A stretch of DNA of 64,000 nucleotides from Malacoraja senta (Eukaryota): NCBI GenBank assembly GCA_038087875.1, contig JAXLNO010000650.1, positions 1 through 64,000 of the forward strand, written 5' to 3'. Each line of letters opens with the position of its first letter. Position 1 is the stretch's first letter. The translations under genes and the position numbers were made by a program. This document shows positions 41,161-53,769 of the stretch, in pieces. The notes beneath the pieces are model-generated. The model searched no databases. It worked only from the letters and a program-made list of their open reading frames with translations, and was not told where the DNA came from.

Positions 41161-42174
41161 TTGGTTGCTGAGATGGGGCTGGGAAGAGTTGTCCCCTGAG
41201 AAACAGGCGCTATACTCTCGAGCTCAGAAGAAATGAGAGGCCATCACGCTGAAACAAACATTCTTAAAGGGGCTTGAGAAGAAGGGATAATATTTCCCTT
41301 GGTTGATATCAACACCACCCAGGCCACACTCTCATTTCATTCCTGCCATCGGGAAGAAGGTATAGGAGCCTCTTCCCTACAACCATCAGGCTATTAAATA
41401 CTATAACCTCCTACTAATCTGTGACCAATTCTGAACATACAAATGACTTGAGGGCTTAGATTTTGTCTTTGCACTATTATTGTTTGTTATTTTATATACT
41501 GAACTTTTCTGCTGTTTGGTATGGTGTTTACAAATTACTATGTTTACATATCTTGTGCTGCTGCAAGTAAGAATTTAATTGTTCCTTTTCAAGATGATTA
41601 TAAAATACTCTTGACTTGACTTGAGAATTGCGAGGCAAGTTTTTTACACAGTGGAAGATCAATAGATGTTTTGGACATTAAGAGAATCAAGTGATATGGG
41701 ATTAGTGCGGGCAATTGTTGGTGATGTAAAAGATATCAGCTATGACTATCAGCTATCTGACTATCAGATAGCTGATAAAAGATATCAGCTATCAACTATG
41801 CACCCATGATTGTGGCCTAGCTATTAGAGCTGCGCCAGAGACGCAGGTTCGATCCTGACTTTGGGTGTGGTCTATGTGGAATTTGCACGTTCTCCCAGTG
41901 ACCGTGTGGATTTCCTCCAGTGGAGTTGTCTCCCATATCTCCAAAAAGAGGTGCACTCAATTATATAAAGACATGGAGAGACTACATTTAAAGTACTGTA
42001 TGAAGTTTTGATGTCTTACATAAGAAAGGATGTACTGGGCATAAAGGCAGTGCAATAGAGATTCAATGCCAGAATGATCTCTTGGATGGTGAGATCTTAC
42101 GAGGAGAAAGAATGGTCAAGTTTTGCTTCTTGCGAATGAAAGGTGTGTTCTGTTAAGGCGGTTCAAGCACCTGG

Positions 42175-42211
<37 letters not shown>

Positions 42212-42611
42212 TTATTTATTAGAAGTACATTACATCACAGCCACATACATTAATACTCGTCATTTATATCTTCTTACAATTAATGTACTCCCTTTATTTT
42301 TTTTTTTTACGCTAAAGAAAGAAAAGATTGAAAGAGAGAAGAAAGTGAAGGAAAAAGTGCAAGTGTAGAAAAGTGTAGAAAATGTAACAACAAAAAAAAA
42401 AAAGGACGAGGACCCTATGAAAGCGAAATTAAAAACAAAAAAAAAAAAAGAGTTAAGAAATAGGCCCTAAGAAAAGAAGAGAGAGAGAGAAAAAAAAAGA
42501 AAAACAAATGGTTTTTTTTGAGCATCACGTAAATAGGACATACCAACTCTTCAACTATCATCCCCCCTTACCCGACCTCAATTTTTTATTTTTTTAAAGT
42601 ACTTTTGCACC

Positions 42612-44789
42612 CTATGTTTGTAATAATTCTATAAATGCAGACCACGTCAGGTGGAAGTGATCTGGTTTACCTGCTAGGAGGAGTCTTATCTCTTCAAGGT
42701 GTAGTGTTTCAAACATATTTGAAATCCACATATTTATAGTTGGTATTGGAGCCTTCTTCCAAAATTTTAGAATTAGCTTTTTTCCAGTTATTAACCCATA
42801 ATCCATTAATTTCTTTTGAAACACATTTAGTTCTGGATCATCTTCCGTTATTCCGAAGATAATCCATTCTGCTTTGGGTATCAGTCTTGTTTTAAATAAC
42901 TTTGTAAAGATTTCAAAAATTTCATTCCAAAATTTTTGAATTTTTATACAGAAGACAAATGAGTGCGCTATAGTTGCTTCTTGGGATTGACATTTATCAC
43001 AAATAGATGATACGTTTGGGAAAATTTTATGAATTTTAGTTTTCGAATAATATAATCTATGTAAAATTTTAAATTGTATTAAAGTGTGTCTTACATTAAT
43101 CGAGCATTTATGTACTTTTAATAAGTATTCATTCCAACTTTCCTTTGAAATTTTAATAGCTAACTCTTGTTCCCAGTCTCTTCTGATACCCTCCGTAGAT
43201 GGTATTTGTACATTTAAGATAATATTGTACAAATATGATATTAAGTTTGCTGATTCCGCTTTTGTCTGCATTGCCTCGTCCAGTACATCTGCTGGGTTAT
43301 TATGATGATCTTTTATATATTTTTTCAAATAGTCGCTTATTTGAAAGTATTTAAAATATTGATTATTTCCGAGTTTATATTTTATTTGTAATTGTTGAAA
43401 TAAAAGTAATTTTCCAGTTTCATACAAGTCACCAAGCGTTTTAATTCCTAGTCTATCCCATTGTGTATAAGCTTTATCTATAATAGAAGGACTAAACGAA
43501 GGGTTATTGACTATAGGTAATAAAAGTGATAAGTTTCTTAATTTTAAATTTTGTTTTATTTGTTTCCAAATACGGATTGTACTATGAATAATTGGGTTCT
43601 TATTATAGTTTATGTTATTCAATTTCATTGGAGAGAGGAGGATCGCTCCAATGTTTCTAGAGGAGCAATCCTCTTTCTCCATTACAATCCAGTCTACTTG
43701 CTGGGCGGAGTTATCCATCAGTTGAATCATGTTTTTAATATTTACTGACCAATAATAATACATAAAATTGGGTAGTGCTAGACCCCCCAATACTTTAGAT
43801 TTATTCAGATGGGTTTTTTGTATTCTATGTGATTTATAGTCCCATATAAAATTAGTGATATCTGAGTCGAGTTTTTTAAAAAACTTCTTAGGTAAGTATA
43901 TAGGAATTGATTGAAATAGGTATAAAATTTGTGGTAAAAAGATCATTTTTATTGCGTTTATTCGGCCTATTAAAGACATCGGAAGCGTTTTCCAGAATTT
44001 AATTAATGTATTCAGTTTATTAAGTAGGGGGTCAAAATTTGCCCTGAGCATACCTTGATATGCTCTGGTAATTTCGATTCCCAAATATTTAAATTTTTCT
44101 GTAGCTATTTTAAAAGGGAATTTTAAAAGATGTGTTGAATCTTTCGGTTTTATTGACATAATTTCACTTTTATTCCAATTTATTCTATATCCAGAAAAAG
44201 ATCCGAAGTCTTCAATTAAATTTAATATATTTGGTATAGTGATTTGAGGTTTTGTAATATACAATAATATATCATCCGCGTATAAAGATATTTTATTATA
44301 TGAGTCTTTAGTATTATATCCATGAATATCAGGGTGTATTCTAATTTTTTCTGCTAGCGGTTCAATAATGAGAGCAAACAGCTGTGGTGATAATGAGCAT
44401 CCTTGTCTATTTCCCCTTGATAGTTGAAATTTCGAGGATAATATGTTATTAGTAAGTATTCTAGCTGTAGGTTTGTTATATAGTAACTTAATCCATAAAA
44501 TAAAATTCTCTCCCAGTTGAAATTTTTGTAATACTTTATCCATATAATTCCATTCTACTTGATCAAATGCTTTTTCAGCATCCAGCGAAATAATTGATAA
44601 TTCTTGATCTTCAGATTTGTGTGAGTGCATTATGTTGAGTAGACGTCTCATATTATTAGAAGAGTATCTCTTAGGGATAAACCCTGTCTGATCTGGGTTT
44701 ATTAATTTACTAATGTATTTACTTAATCTTCTGGCAAATGTTTTCGCTAATATTTTTTGATCTGTGTTTAACAATGCTATAGCTCTATA
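42612..44789 (-). CDS. L1 ORF2 partial, uninterrupted (RT + C-terminal CCHC)
   Basis: YRAIALLNTDQKILAK, SLDAEKAFD, RQGCSLSP.LF, LYADD, KYLG, C..C....ATIAH...C; no stops over about 725 codons. Confidence 0.9.
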   Translation of the reverse strand, partial: YRAIALLNTDQKILAKTFARRLSKYISKLINPDQTGFIPKRYSSNNMRRLLNIMHSHKSEDQELSIISLDAEKAFDQVEWNYMDKVLQKFQLGENFILWIKLLYNKPTARILTNNILSSKFQLSRGNRQGCSLSPQLFALIIEPLAEKIRIHPDIHGYNTKDSYNKISLYADDILLYITKPQITIPNILNLIEDFGSFSGYRINWNKSEIMSIKPKDSTHLLKFPFKIATEKFKYLGIEITRAYQGMLRANFDPLLNKLNTLIKFWKTLPMSLIGRINAIKMIFLPQILYLFQSIPIYLPKKFFKKLDSDITNFIWDYKSHRIQKTHLNKSKVLGGLALPNFMYYYWSVNIKNMIQLMDNSAQQVDWIVMEKEDCSSRNIGAILLSPMKLNNINYNKNPIIHSTIRIWKQIKQNLKLRNLSLLLPIVNNPSFSPSIIDKAYTQWDRLGIKTLGDLYETGKLLLFQQLQIKYKLGNNQYFKYFQISDYLKKYIKDHHNNPADVLDEAMQTKAESANLISYLYNIILNVQIPSTEGIRRDWEQELAIKISKESWNEYLLKVHKCSINVRHTLIQFKILHRLYYSKTKIHKIFPNVSSICDKCQSQEATIAHSFVFCIKIQKFWNEIFEIFTKLFKTRLIPKAEWIIFGITEDDPELNVFQKKLMDYGLITGKKLILKFWKKAPIPTINMWISNMFETLHLEEIRLLLAGKPDHFHLTWSAFIELLQT

Positions 44790-45105
44790 CAATGCTAAAG
44801 TTCTTGGATACCTGTAATCTTCCAAAGTTAGAGCTGAAGGAACAAGAGGAACTGGGTGCACAAATCTCAATTAAGGAATTAGAAGATACAATAAACTCAC
44901 TAAAAAATGGAAAAACACCAGGCCCTGATGGATTTACTAATGAATTTTATAAAAACTTTTATGAAAAAATAATACCAAGATTACAAAAAATGTACCAATA
45001 CGCTTTTAAAAAACGAATACTACCTGATACATTAGCGGAATCAACGATTACATTAATACCTAAGAAAAATAAGGATTTAGAAGATCCTGGCTCATATAGA
45101 GCTAT
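44790..45105 (+). pseudogene. Inverted upstream segment of the same L1 ORF2
   Basis: LKNGKTPGPDGFTNEFYK...ITLIPKKNKD..PGSYRAI is the region that precedes the start of the minus-strand segment in L1 ORF2. Confidence 0.9.
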
Positions 45106-45479
45106 AGCACCTGGTGCCTTTAACTTGTTATTTACCAGTTCTGCTTTTGAGGTGCACTGAGGTAAACTGAAAATGAGAAGCAGCATGAGAAAAATGTCAT
45201 TTAAAATTACTGCAGTTCACCACTTGTTGAGTGCCAGAATGCATCTCATAATTCTTCCACAGAACACATCAAGTGACTGTAATGGTAATGGTTAGTGTGT
45301 GAGATATGATTTCAATATCATGACGCATTCTGTGTCCAATCTGATGCTGGAACTGAGCATCACCATGGTGACATTTCTGGAAGGAATTCGGATGGGGGTT
45401 TGATTGGTAACCACTTGAGCTTGAGCTTGAAATATTATCCCTTCTTCTCAAGCCCCTTTAAGAACTTGTAATACAAACA

Positions 45480-47345
45480 GTCAAGAGTCAAGAGTGTTTT
45501 ATTGTCATATGTCCCAGATAGAACAATGAAATTCTTACTTGCTGCAGCACACAGAATATGTAAACATAGTATGATATGATAAATGAGAGAGAGAAAAGAA
45601 ACGTCAATGTGTATAAATACACATACTCACAATATATATATATATATATACTCAAACAAAATAGTGCAATAATAATAATAATAATAGTTGATTGTAGTTC
45701 AGAGCTTATATGAGGTTGTAGTGTTTAATAGTCTGATGGCTGTAGGGAAGAAGCTGTTCCTGAACCTGTACGTTACAGTTTTCAGGCTCCTGTACCTTCT
45801 TCCCAATGGCACTGGTGAAATGAGTGGGAGGCCAGGATGGTGTGGGTCTCTGATGATGCTGTCTGCCATTTTGAGGCAGTGACTCCGATAAATCCCTTCG
45901 ATGTTGGGGAGGTCAGAGCCGGTGATGGACTGGGCAGTGTTCACAACTTTTTGCAGTCTTTTCTGCTCCTGGACGTTCAAGATGCCGAACCAGGCCATGA
46001 TGCAACCAGTCAAGATGCTCTGTACTGTACACCTGTAGAAGTTCAAAATAATCCTCTTTAACACACCGAATCTCCTTAATCTTCTCAGGAAGTGCTGATG
46101 TGTTGTCCTTATAATTGCATCAGTGTGCTGGGTCCAGGAAAGATCTTCAGAAATATGCACGCCCAGGGATTTAAAGTTTTTGACTCTCTCCACCATTGTC
46201 CTGTTGACATAAACAGGATTGTGGGTCCTCATCCTTCCACTTCCAAAGTCCACAATCAGTTCTTTGGTTTTACTGATATTGAGAGGCAGGTTGTTGTGCT
46301 GGCACCATTTGATCAATCGGTCGATCTCACTTCTATACTCTGACTCATCGCCATCTGTAATTCGTCCCACAACAGTGGTGTCGTCGGCGAATTTGACGAT
46401 GGAGTTCACACTATGTCCGGCTACACAGTCATGAGTATAGAGTGAGTAGAGCAGGGGGCTGAGCACACAGCCTTGAGGTGCTCCTGCACTGATTGTTAAT
46501 GAATATGAAGTATTTCTGCCAATTCGAACAGACTGTGGTCTGTGGATGAGGAAGTCGAGGATCCAATTGCAGAGGGAAGCTCAGAGATCCAGTTCCATGA
46601 GCTTGGTAACCAGCTTTTAAAAAAAATCAAAAATATTTATTCAAACATTAAAATAGTATTTACAACACATTAAAACAAAACAAAACAGAACCCACCACCA
46701 CAGTACAAGGCTAAACAAATATACCAGTGAGAGGTTGAAAATGTCCACAAAAACACCAGCCATTTGGTCTGCACAGGTTTTGAGAACTCGACCGAGTATG
46801 CCATCAGGTCCAGGCGCTTTCCGAGGATTCACCACGCTGAAGGGTCTTCTGACGTTGGCCTCTGTGACAGTGACTGTAATACCATCAGGGCGTATGGGGG
46901 CTCAGGAAGGCACATCAGGTGTTCTCCCTATCAAGGCATGCATAGAACGCATTGAGCTCTTCAGGGAGTGATGCTTCGCTGTCGCTTGAGCTGCCTCCTG
47001 ATTTCACCTTTTAGGAGGTGATGGCATTCGAACCCTGCCACAGTCGCCGAACATCCACCCCATCTTCCAGCTTTGAGCGGAAGTCCGTTTTGGCCTTTTT
47101 GATGGCCTTGTCAAGGTAGTATCTGGACTTCTTATAGACCTCTGTGTCACCAGACCTGAATGCCCGGGATCTGGTCTTCAGAAAAATGCGGATCTCCTGG
47201 TTCATCCAAGGCTTCTGGTTAGGAAACTCTCGGAAGGTTTTTGTAGGAACACAGTCCTCCACACATTTCCATATGAAGTCTGTAACGACTGGCGTATTCA
47301 TTCAGGTCCGTTGCCGAGTCCTTGAACATTGTCCAGTCTACTGAC
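45480..47345 (-). mobile_element. Rex1/Babar-type LINE, 3' half with RT
   Basis: [59 protein letters not shown]; (CTCTTGA)n-like tail at about 45480. Confidence 0.85.
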
Positions 47346-48920
47346 TCCGTGCAGTTTTGTAGTTGTAGTCAGAGAAGCAGATGAATTTTCCCATTGTAAA
47401 TAAAACAAATAGGTTGAAAAACTACTGAATAACAGAACATAGAACAGTGCAGCACAAGAACAGGCTCTTCTGCCCACAATGCCTGTGTTGAACATGATAC
47501 CAAGACCATCACTTATCTCCTTGTACATAACCCAGAATTCTCCATTCCTTGCATATCCATGTGCCTATCCAAAAGTATTTAAAATGCCACGAATGTACCT
47601 GCTTCAACCACCACCCCTGGCAGCGTGTTACAAGCACATACCATCTTTTGTGTAAAAACCTTGCCCCGCACATCTCCTTTAAACTTTGCCACTCTCACCT
47701 TGGAGAGGGTATTGGAGCAGATTTGAAGCAGCTTCATAAGAAGCCCTGCAGCTGGCTTTTCCAGGGCAAATAGTTGTGGGCATGATTCTGAAAGGTAAAC
47801 CAAAACCCCCCAACAAATCTCCCTTCAGGCTCCTTTGTTCTAAAGGAAGGCACCTCAATCCAGAGGGGCCTGCCTCAAAGCTAAACTCCCATTAACCGTG
47901 AAGATTTGTGCCGACTGGAAATGGCATTGTTAGAGTGGATGCCTAACTCTTACGAAAGGATGCAAGGCGACATTTCTTTACATAGAAGGTGGCGAGTGCC
48001 TGGAATGCGCTGGCAGGGGTGCTGGTGAAGGCAGATACGACAGTGGCGTTTAAGAGGCTTTTAGATAGGCACATGGATATGGAGGGATATGGATCACGTG
48101 CAGGCAGAGGAGATTGATTTATCTTGGCAGCATGTTCGGCACAGACATTATGGGCCAAAGGGACTATTCCTGTTTTGTACTATTCTATGTTCTTCAGACC
48201 TGGCGACATCCCCATGTTTCCTCTGCACCCATAGTCAATGCTACCTCATCATTCCTGTAGTGACTTAACAGGTGTTTTATGCAGTTCTAAAATAACCTCC
48301 CCACTCCTGTAGTAGATGCCTCAGTCTCCAGGCACAGCGGATGTCCTCAGGGGAATATTACCAACTGACGCACTGAAACTTAGTGCAGCCAACATGAAGT
48401 CTCGGTGGGGGAGGACAACAGTGTTAGGTCCTTGAGGGGCTGAATCTCGTGGGGAGACCCCTCAAACCAGAGAAGGAATATCACCCCAGGTGGCCAAATG
48501 AGTTGCAGGGGTTTTGGTTAAAGACAGGTGCTAGCACTGCTGAGTAATGGCAGTAGCATAGTGGCGCAGCTGAATAGTTGCTGCCTTACAGCGCCAGAGA
48601 CCCGGGTTTGATCCTGACTATGGGTGCTGCCTGTACAGAGTTTGTACGTTCTCCCTGTGACCTGGTGGGTTTGCTCCAGGTGCTCCAGTCTCCTCCTACA
48701 TTCCAAACACATGCAGGTTTGTAGATTTTACTTCGGAGTCACGTGAGTGACTACGTGAAGAACCCGTCAGGGCGCATGCGCGACATATCGTCTAACGCAT
48801 TGCGCATCGACAGGCGGGGAGGAGCGTTCCCCGCAGCTAAAGCTTAAAACCAGAGACCTACAGGTAAGTACTTACTCTGAGGTCGTTTGGAGTGTCTTTC
48901 TGTGCTGCAGGAAGAACCAC

Positions 48921-49735
48921 CATGGACAAGACTCGCACAAAGTCCAAACGGGCCGCTCAAAAACTGTCTGAGGAGGACCGCGAGAGCACGGGGAGCCAGC
49001 AGCGGCCGACTGCAGCATCGCTATCTATGCGATCAGCGGTCCCTGTGCCGGCACCTGTGCAGTCTGGGTCGCCACAGGCTGACAGGAACGCCAAACGGAA
49101 GCGGACACGCACATGGACTCCGAAGTATCGGGCCATGAGCAAACGCCGCCGGCAGACAGCGACAGCGGTCGCATATCCCGTCTGGAGCGGCTAGTGGAGC
49201 AATTGCTCCACCGTGACAAACTCCGGGAGAAGGAGTCACGTCACTACGGGCCTCCTAGGACTCCCATGGCAGCACCTTTTTCAGGGCTGCACAATGCATC
49301 TCCCTCGACAGAGGGGAGCATTGGGAGTCATTTCTGGGCTGACTCCGAACAAGGGTTGGCTGAAGATACTTCAAGTGTGCTGGGGGTGCCAGAAGATAAG
49401 ATGCTGGGAATGGTAACGAAGTTTGCGGTGTCTCCACAGTCAGGGCAGCCGCTGCAACCAGAACTAGCAGCCAGCATTGACTACCTTTCCTTCCATCAAC
49501 TACAGGAACAGGCGCTCAATGAAACCACTGCAAAATACGTGGCACCAGGGAACTGTATCTCACTCAATGTTCCAGCAGTGAATACCTCCATCTGGGGACA
49601 TATTGGTGCAGGTATAAGTGCACAGGAGGTGCAGATGCAGAAGATCCTCAAACTTCTAGCTTCAGGGATTACAGCATTTGCCCGGTTGGTGGATGACTCG
49701 GAAATGACAGAGGCTCAGCAAGATGCTCTGGCGCT
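48921..49735 (+). pseudogene. DIRS gag-like ORF1 remnant (frameshifted, truncated)
   Basis: First ORF after the left terminal repeat (MDKTRTKSKR...) continuing in another frame (...YVAPGNCISLNVPAVNTSIW...); assigned mainly by position. Confidence 0.6.
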
Positions 49736-49741
49736 ATCCGG

Positions 49742-50250
49742 ATGCTATCACAACAAGAGAAGTTGGATGGTCAAGCTGAACTTAAGAGGCTATATACTAA
49801 AGGTGTAATTGAGAGATCTCAACATGACTCTCTAGAATTTGTGTCAAACATTTTCACAAAAAAGAAAAAGGATGGTGGGTGTTGCATCATCATCGATTTG
49901 ACAAAACTGAACACATTTGTGCAGTATACTCATTTCAAAATGGAAACCTTTGTCACGGCCAAACAATTGATTTCCGAAGGCTACTTAATGGCATGCATCG
50001 ATTTAAAGATGCATACTATTCGGTGCCTATACACAAGGATCACCGCCGATATCTGAAGTTTAACTGGATGGGGTAGCTTTGGCAGTACAAAGCACTTCCT
50101 AATGGGTTAACCTCAGCCCCCAGACTGTTCACCAAATTACTGAAACCAGCTCTGGCGTTTCTTCGGAAACAAAAACATTATCATGGCCTAACTAGATGAC
50201 ATACTAATCGTGGGTAAAACCTACAAATTAGCCAAAACAGCTATTACAGT
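49742..50250 (+). pseudogene. DIRS reverse transcriptase remnant
   Basis: KKKDGG..IIDL..LN, FKMET, (ID)LKDAYYSVPIH, YKALPNGLTSAPRLFTKLLKP; the YxDD motif reads stop-LDD; frameshifts; RNase H region absent. Confidence 0.85.
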
Positions 50251-50254
50251 TACC

Positions 50255-50982
50255 ATATGGCGGGGATTCGACCACCATTCTGTGGGATCTCACCCCTTGG
50301 TTTCCAAATTAATGAGGGGTATATTCAACTCCAATCCCCCTAGGGCAAGATACTCTCACATTTGGGATGTGAGTATTGTTTTGACGTTGCTTCGGGGTTG
50401 GTTACCAGCAACGTCCCTGTCCCTGGAGAAACTTACCCTTAAATTGGTAATGCTGATGGCACTGGTCTCGGCCCAGCGGGTGCAATCTTTACACAAATTA
50501 CGACTGGACTCGATGGCCAAAGGGACGAATGGTATAACTTTTTATATCCAAGAATTGGTAAAACAAAACAGGCCTGGGTCATCCGGCCTTAAACTAGAGT
50601 TTCGAGCATACCCTACAGATGTTTGCCTATGCGTCATGACACATCTGTTACTATATGTTGAGCTAACAGCTAAAGTAAGAGGCCAAGAATTGGCACTATT
50701 AGTGAGCCACAAAAGACCTCACAATAGGGTATCGGTCCATACTATATCTACTGTAGATGGCTTCGACAGGTTTTGGGGGCTGCAGGGGTGGATACTGATA
50801 TTTTCAAATCTCATTCCACCAGGGCTGCAGCCACATCGGCAGCACGGCAGATGGAGATTCCAATGGATCACATCCTGGGTACGGCAGGACGGTCCAGGGA
50901 GAAGACCTTTCAAGAATTTTATAATAAGCCAGTTGCCAAACCTGTGACTTTTGCAGACACTATTTTGAGTTCTGTTTTATAA
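50255..50982 (+). pseudogene. DIRS tyrosine recombinase, C-terminal catalytic part
   Basis: LMALVSAQRVQSL (catalytic R), HSTR (HxxR), AGRS (expected AGWS), FQEFY (catalytic Y); frameshift near 50750-50775. Confidence 0.85.
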
Positions 50983-53769
50983 TACACCCCGAAGGACAGG
51001 GGTCATTATTATAATTTGTGTTAATAAATCACTCATTGTTTCTTTTTAACAATTGATTCGTGTCTGCATTTGTTAACATACTTCCTCCTCAGTCTACGAC
51101 AGCAGGGTGTGAAGCATGGACTCGTTTCGTGGCATGAACTCACAGAGCTTTAAAATCTTCACGTAGTCACTCACGTGACTCCGAAGTAAAATAGTAAGAT
51201 TAAATGAGAACTTACCAGTTTGAAGTTTGATCTTTATTTTATGAGGAGTTACGTTGAGGGATTATGTGCCCTCCACGCCCACCCTCTATTATAAAGGTCA
51301 GCTGGTATTATGGTTCTCTTATCTTACTATGTTAATTCGACTACCGTATCTGTGATTTCACACCACTGCTTTGAAGATTGTCGCGCATGCGCCCTGACGG
51401 GTTCTTCACGTAATCCCTCAACGTAACTCCTCATAAAATAAAGATTAAACTTCAAACTGGTAAGTTCTCGTTTAATCTTGCTATTAATTGGCTTCTGTAA
51501 ACTGTCCCTAGGGTGTGGGATAGAACTAATGTATGGGTAATCGATGGTCGGCATGGACTCGGTGGGCCGTAGGGCCTGTTTCCATGCTGTATATCTAAAA
51601 CTAAACTAGCAATATTCAAAATATAAACACAAAGAATGTATGAAGTGTTTTTAAACATTTTTTTTTTGTATTGAATTTAATAATTCCTGTTCTCTCTTTA
51701 GGAGCTCTAGTTTTTGGTTCACTTGACAGTGGAAACATCAAATCCTTTTATTATCCTTATTTGGGCTTTTAGCCCTGCAGCCTTTATTGAGCATCGGGTG
51801 AAAAAGCAGACACAATATGCCCCCTTCTGGTTAACACAAATATTCTGCCAAAGATAGACACAAGTGCCGGAGTAATTCAACAGTTTGGGTGGGCAGCATC
51901 GCTGGAGAAAAAGGATGGGTGACGTTTCAGGTCAAGACGCCTGAAGAGGGGTCCAGACCCGAAAACCCACGCATCCTGTTTCCTCAGAGATGCTGCATGA
52001 CCTGCTGAGTTACTCCAGCATTTTGTGTACAAACCAGCATCTGCAGTTCCTTGTTTCTACAAGTATTTTGCCGGAGGCTGAAAGACCGCAAGAGGCCTGT
52101 TTATACTTCAGTGTTAACACCACAGTCTGGCAGAATGTCAAGTCTGCCGCTTAATTCTGTTAAATGCACCATCTATTTTATCCTCTATTTTTGTGACCTT
52201 TTAGGTCATTATTTAGAGATGAACTAATTATTAGCTATGCATAAATCCTACAGATTACTTCCAGATTTACTTAAACTCTTAAATTTAATTATTCAGTTGC
52301 CATGGTGGGATTTGGCCTCCAGGTCAACCACCCAGATCTCTAATCTCCTATTTTGACTACCATGTACCATGCTAATTAATAGTTCTGAACAAATACTGGT
52401 CAAAAAAAGGCAAGATGTTAATCAAGCAAAAGTAGCAAGTTTAGCTTGGTTTAGTTCATTTTTGTTTAGTTTAGAGATACAGCGTGGAAACGGGCTCCTC
52501 AGTCCACCGATTCCGCGCATTACCAGCGATCCCTGCACACTAACTCTATCCTACACACACTAGGGCAGGGCTCTTGCTTAACTTTCTTTCCCAGTTGCCA
52601 GCCGGGCAACCTTGGCAGCTTTTTAGGTTGCCAAATGACAGTTTAGGTGGTCATTTAAGATGGCTTGCATGACGCGTGCGATAATGTGCTCGGACGAAGT
52701 GCGTAGTTACCAGTCGGAATTATACTCAATGAAGTATTCACATATTATTTCTGCTTCAAATAAAGTCACAAACTAAACATATTCACCAATCAAGACATGA
52801 TATATCCCACAATGACATGCAGCAAAATTATAAGACAGTATCTCAACTCTTTTTACACATTGCAATTAATGCAATTTCTATTAGTACTTTCCACTTCCAA
52901 ACTAAAATGTGGTTGAATTATTCAGCGTATGATCAACCTATGTCAATAAATCCTGGACCATGGTAACATATATGCTTAACCATGCACACTACAGATTGAT
53001 GCAAGCATGTTTTCTGTGAAGGAACAAAAATTACCATAACATGGCCATAGCATGGGTCGTTATTGCTATTGGTACAGAAACACTCTCGCTTCCCACATAA
53101 TTTATCCACAACAAAATATACAGGTTGCAAGGAAATTTCTATAGGCATTTTATGATAACAGGTGTTAAAACCGACTATACCCATCTGATAGGTTAAACAT
53201 TACACTAACTGACAAGAGATGGCCAAAGGACATAACTGCAGCAAATGTTCTTTTGGTAATATATTTAAAGATGTCAAGACGCCACATTACCAGACATTCA
53301 AATTAGATGTACGTGTTGTGAACAGCAATGAAGGTACCCAGTTTGTAAGCACCAGATTAAACATTTTCTATTGATAAACGCTGTTTCCATCATTCCCACT
53401 TCAGAATTAAGGTTAAAATATCAACTGAAATATCTCCTGACCAAATTTGTGATGTATATGATCGACTGTAGAAGTAAAACCTGGATAAATCCAACGTATA
53501 GTTGTGAATGTTGCTCATTAAATAACTACAGTACTGATACTCCATATTAAGAGCATTGATTTGCGTTAAAATGAATTCTGTAATAACGTGTCAACGGCAG
53601 CAGTGACAATCGAACACTGCGGTTTTAATGTTTCACGTGTTCACAATATAATTAATCCATCTTTATGGACTAAAACAAATAATAACATTGGGAATTAAAA
53701 CACATTTGATTGCATTCCGTTATCAAACATAGTCAATGTTCGCTCTGAAGACATTTCCAGCACAATAGG

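Larger units (their letters stand above)
42182..45105 (-). mobile_element. Young 5'-truncated L1 with 5' inversion (twin priming)
   Basis: Poly(T) tail at about 42179-42206; 16-bp TSD AGCACCTGGTGCCTTT at 42166-42181 and 45106-45121; ORF2 on minus 42612-44789; upstream ORF2 part inverted at 44790-45105. Confidence 0.95.
48725..51485 (+). mobile_element. DIRS1-type tyrosine-recombinase retrotransposon, internally deleted and defective
   Basis: Inverted repeat 48752-48785 vs 51379-51412; internal complementary region 51156-51268 complementary to both element ends; gag-like, RT and YR remnants; inserted in a SINE at an ATT core. Confidence 0.92.
48555..51608 (+). mobile_element. V-SINE split by the DIRS insertion (48555-48724 and 51486-51608)
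   Basis: Halves rejoin as GTTTGTAG-ATT-AATTGGCTT. Confidence 0.85.

Noticed and set aside
44790..44870. N-terminal 27 aa of the 752-aa ORF
   Set aside because: Antisense read-through of the inverted L1 segment, not a real start.
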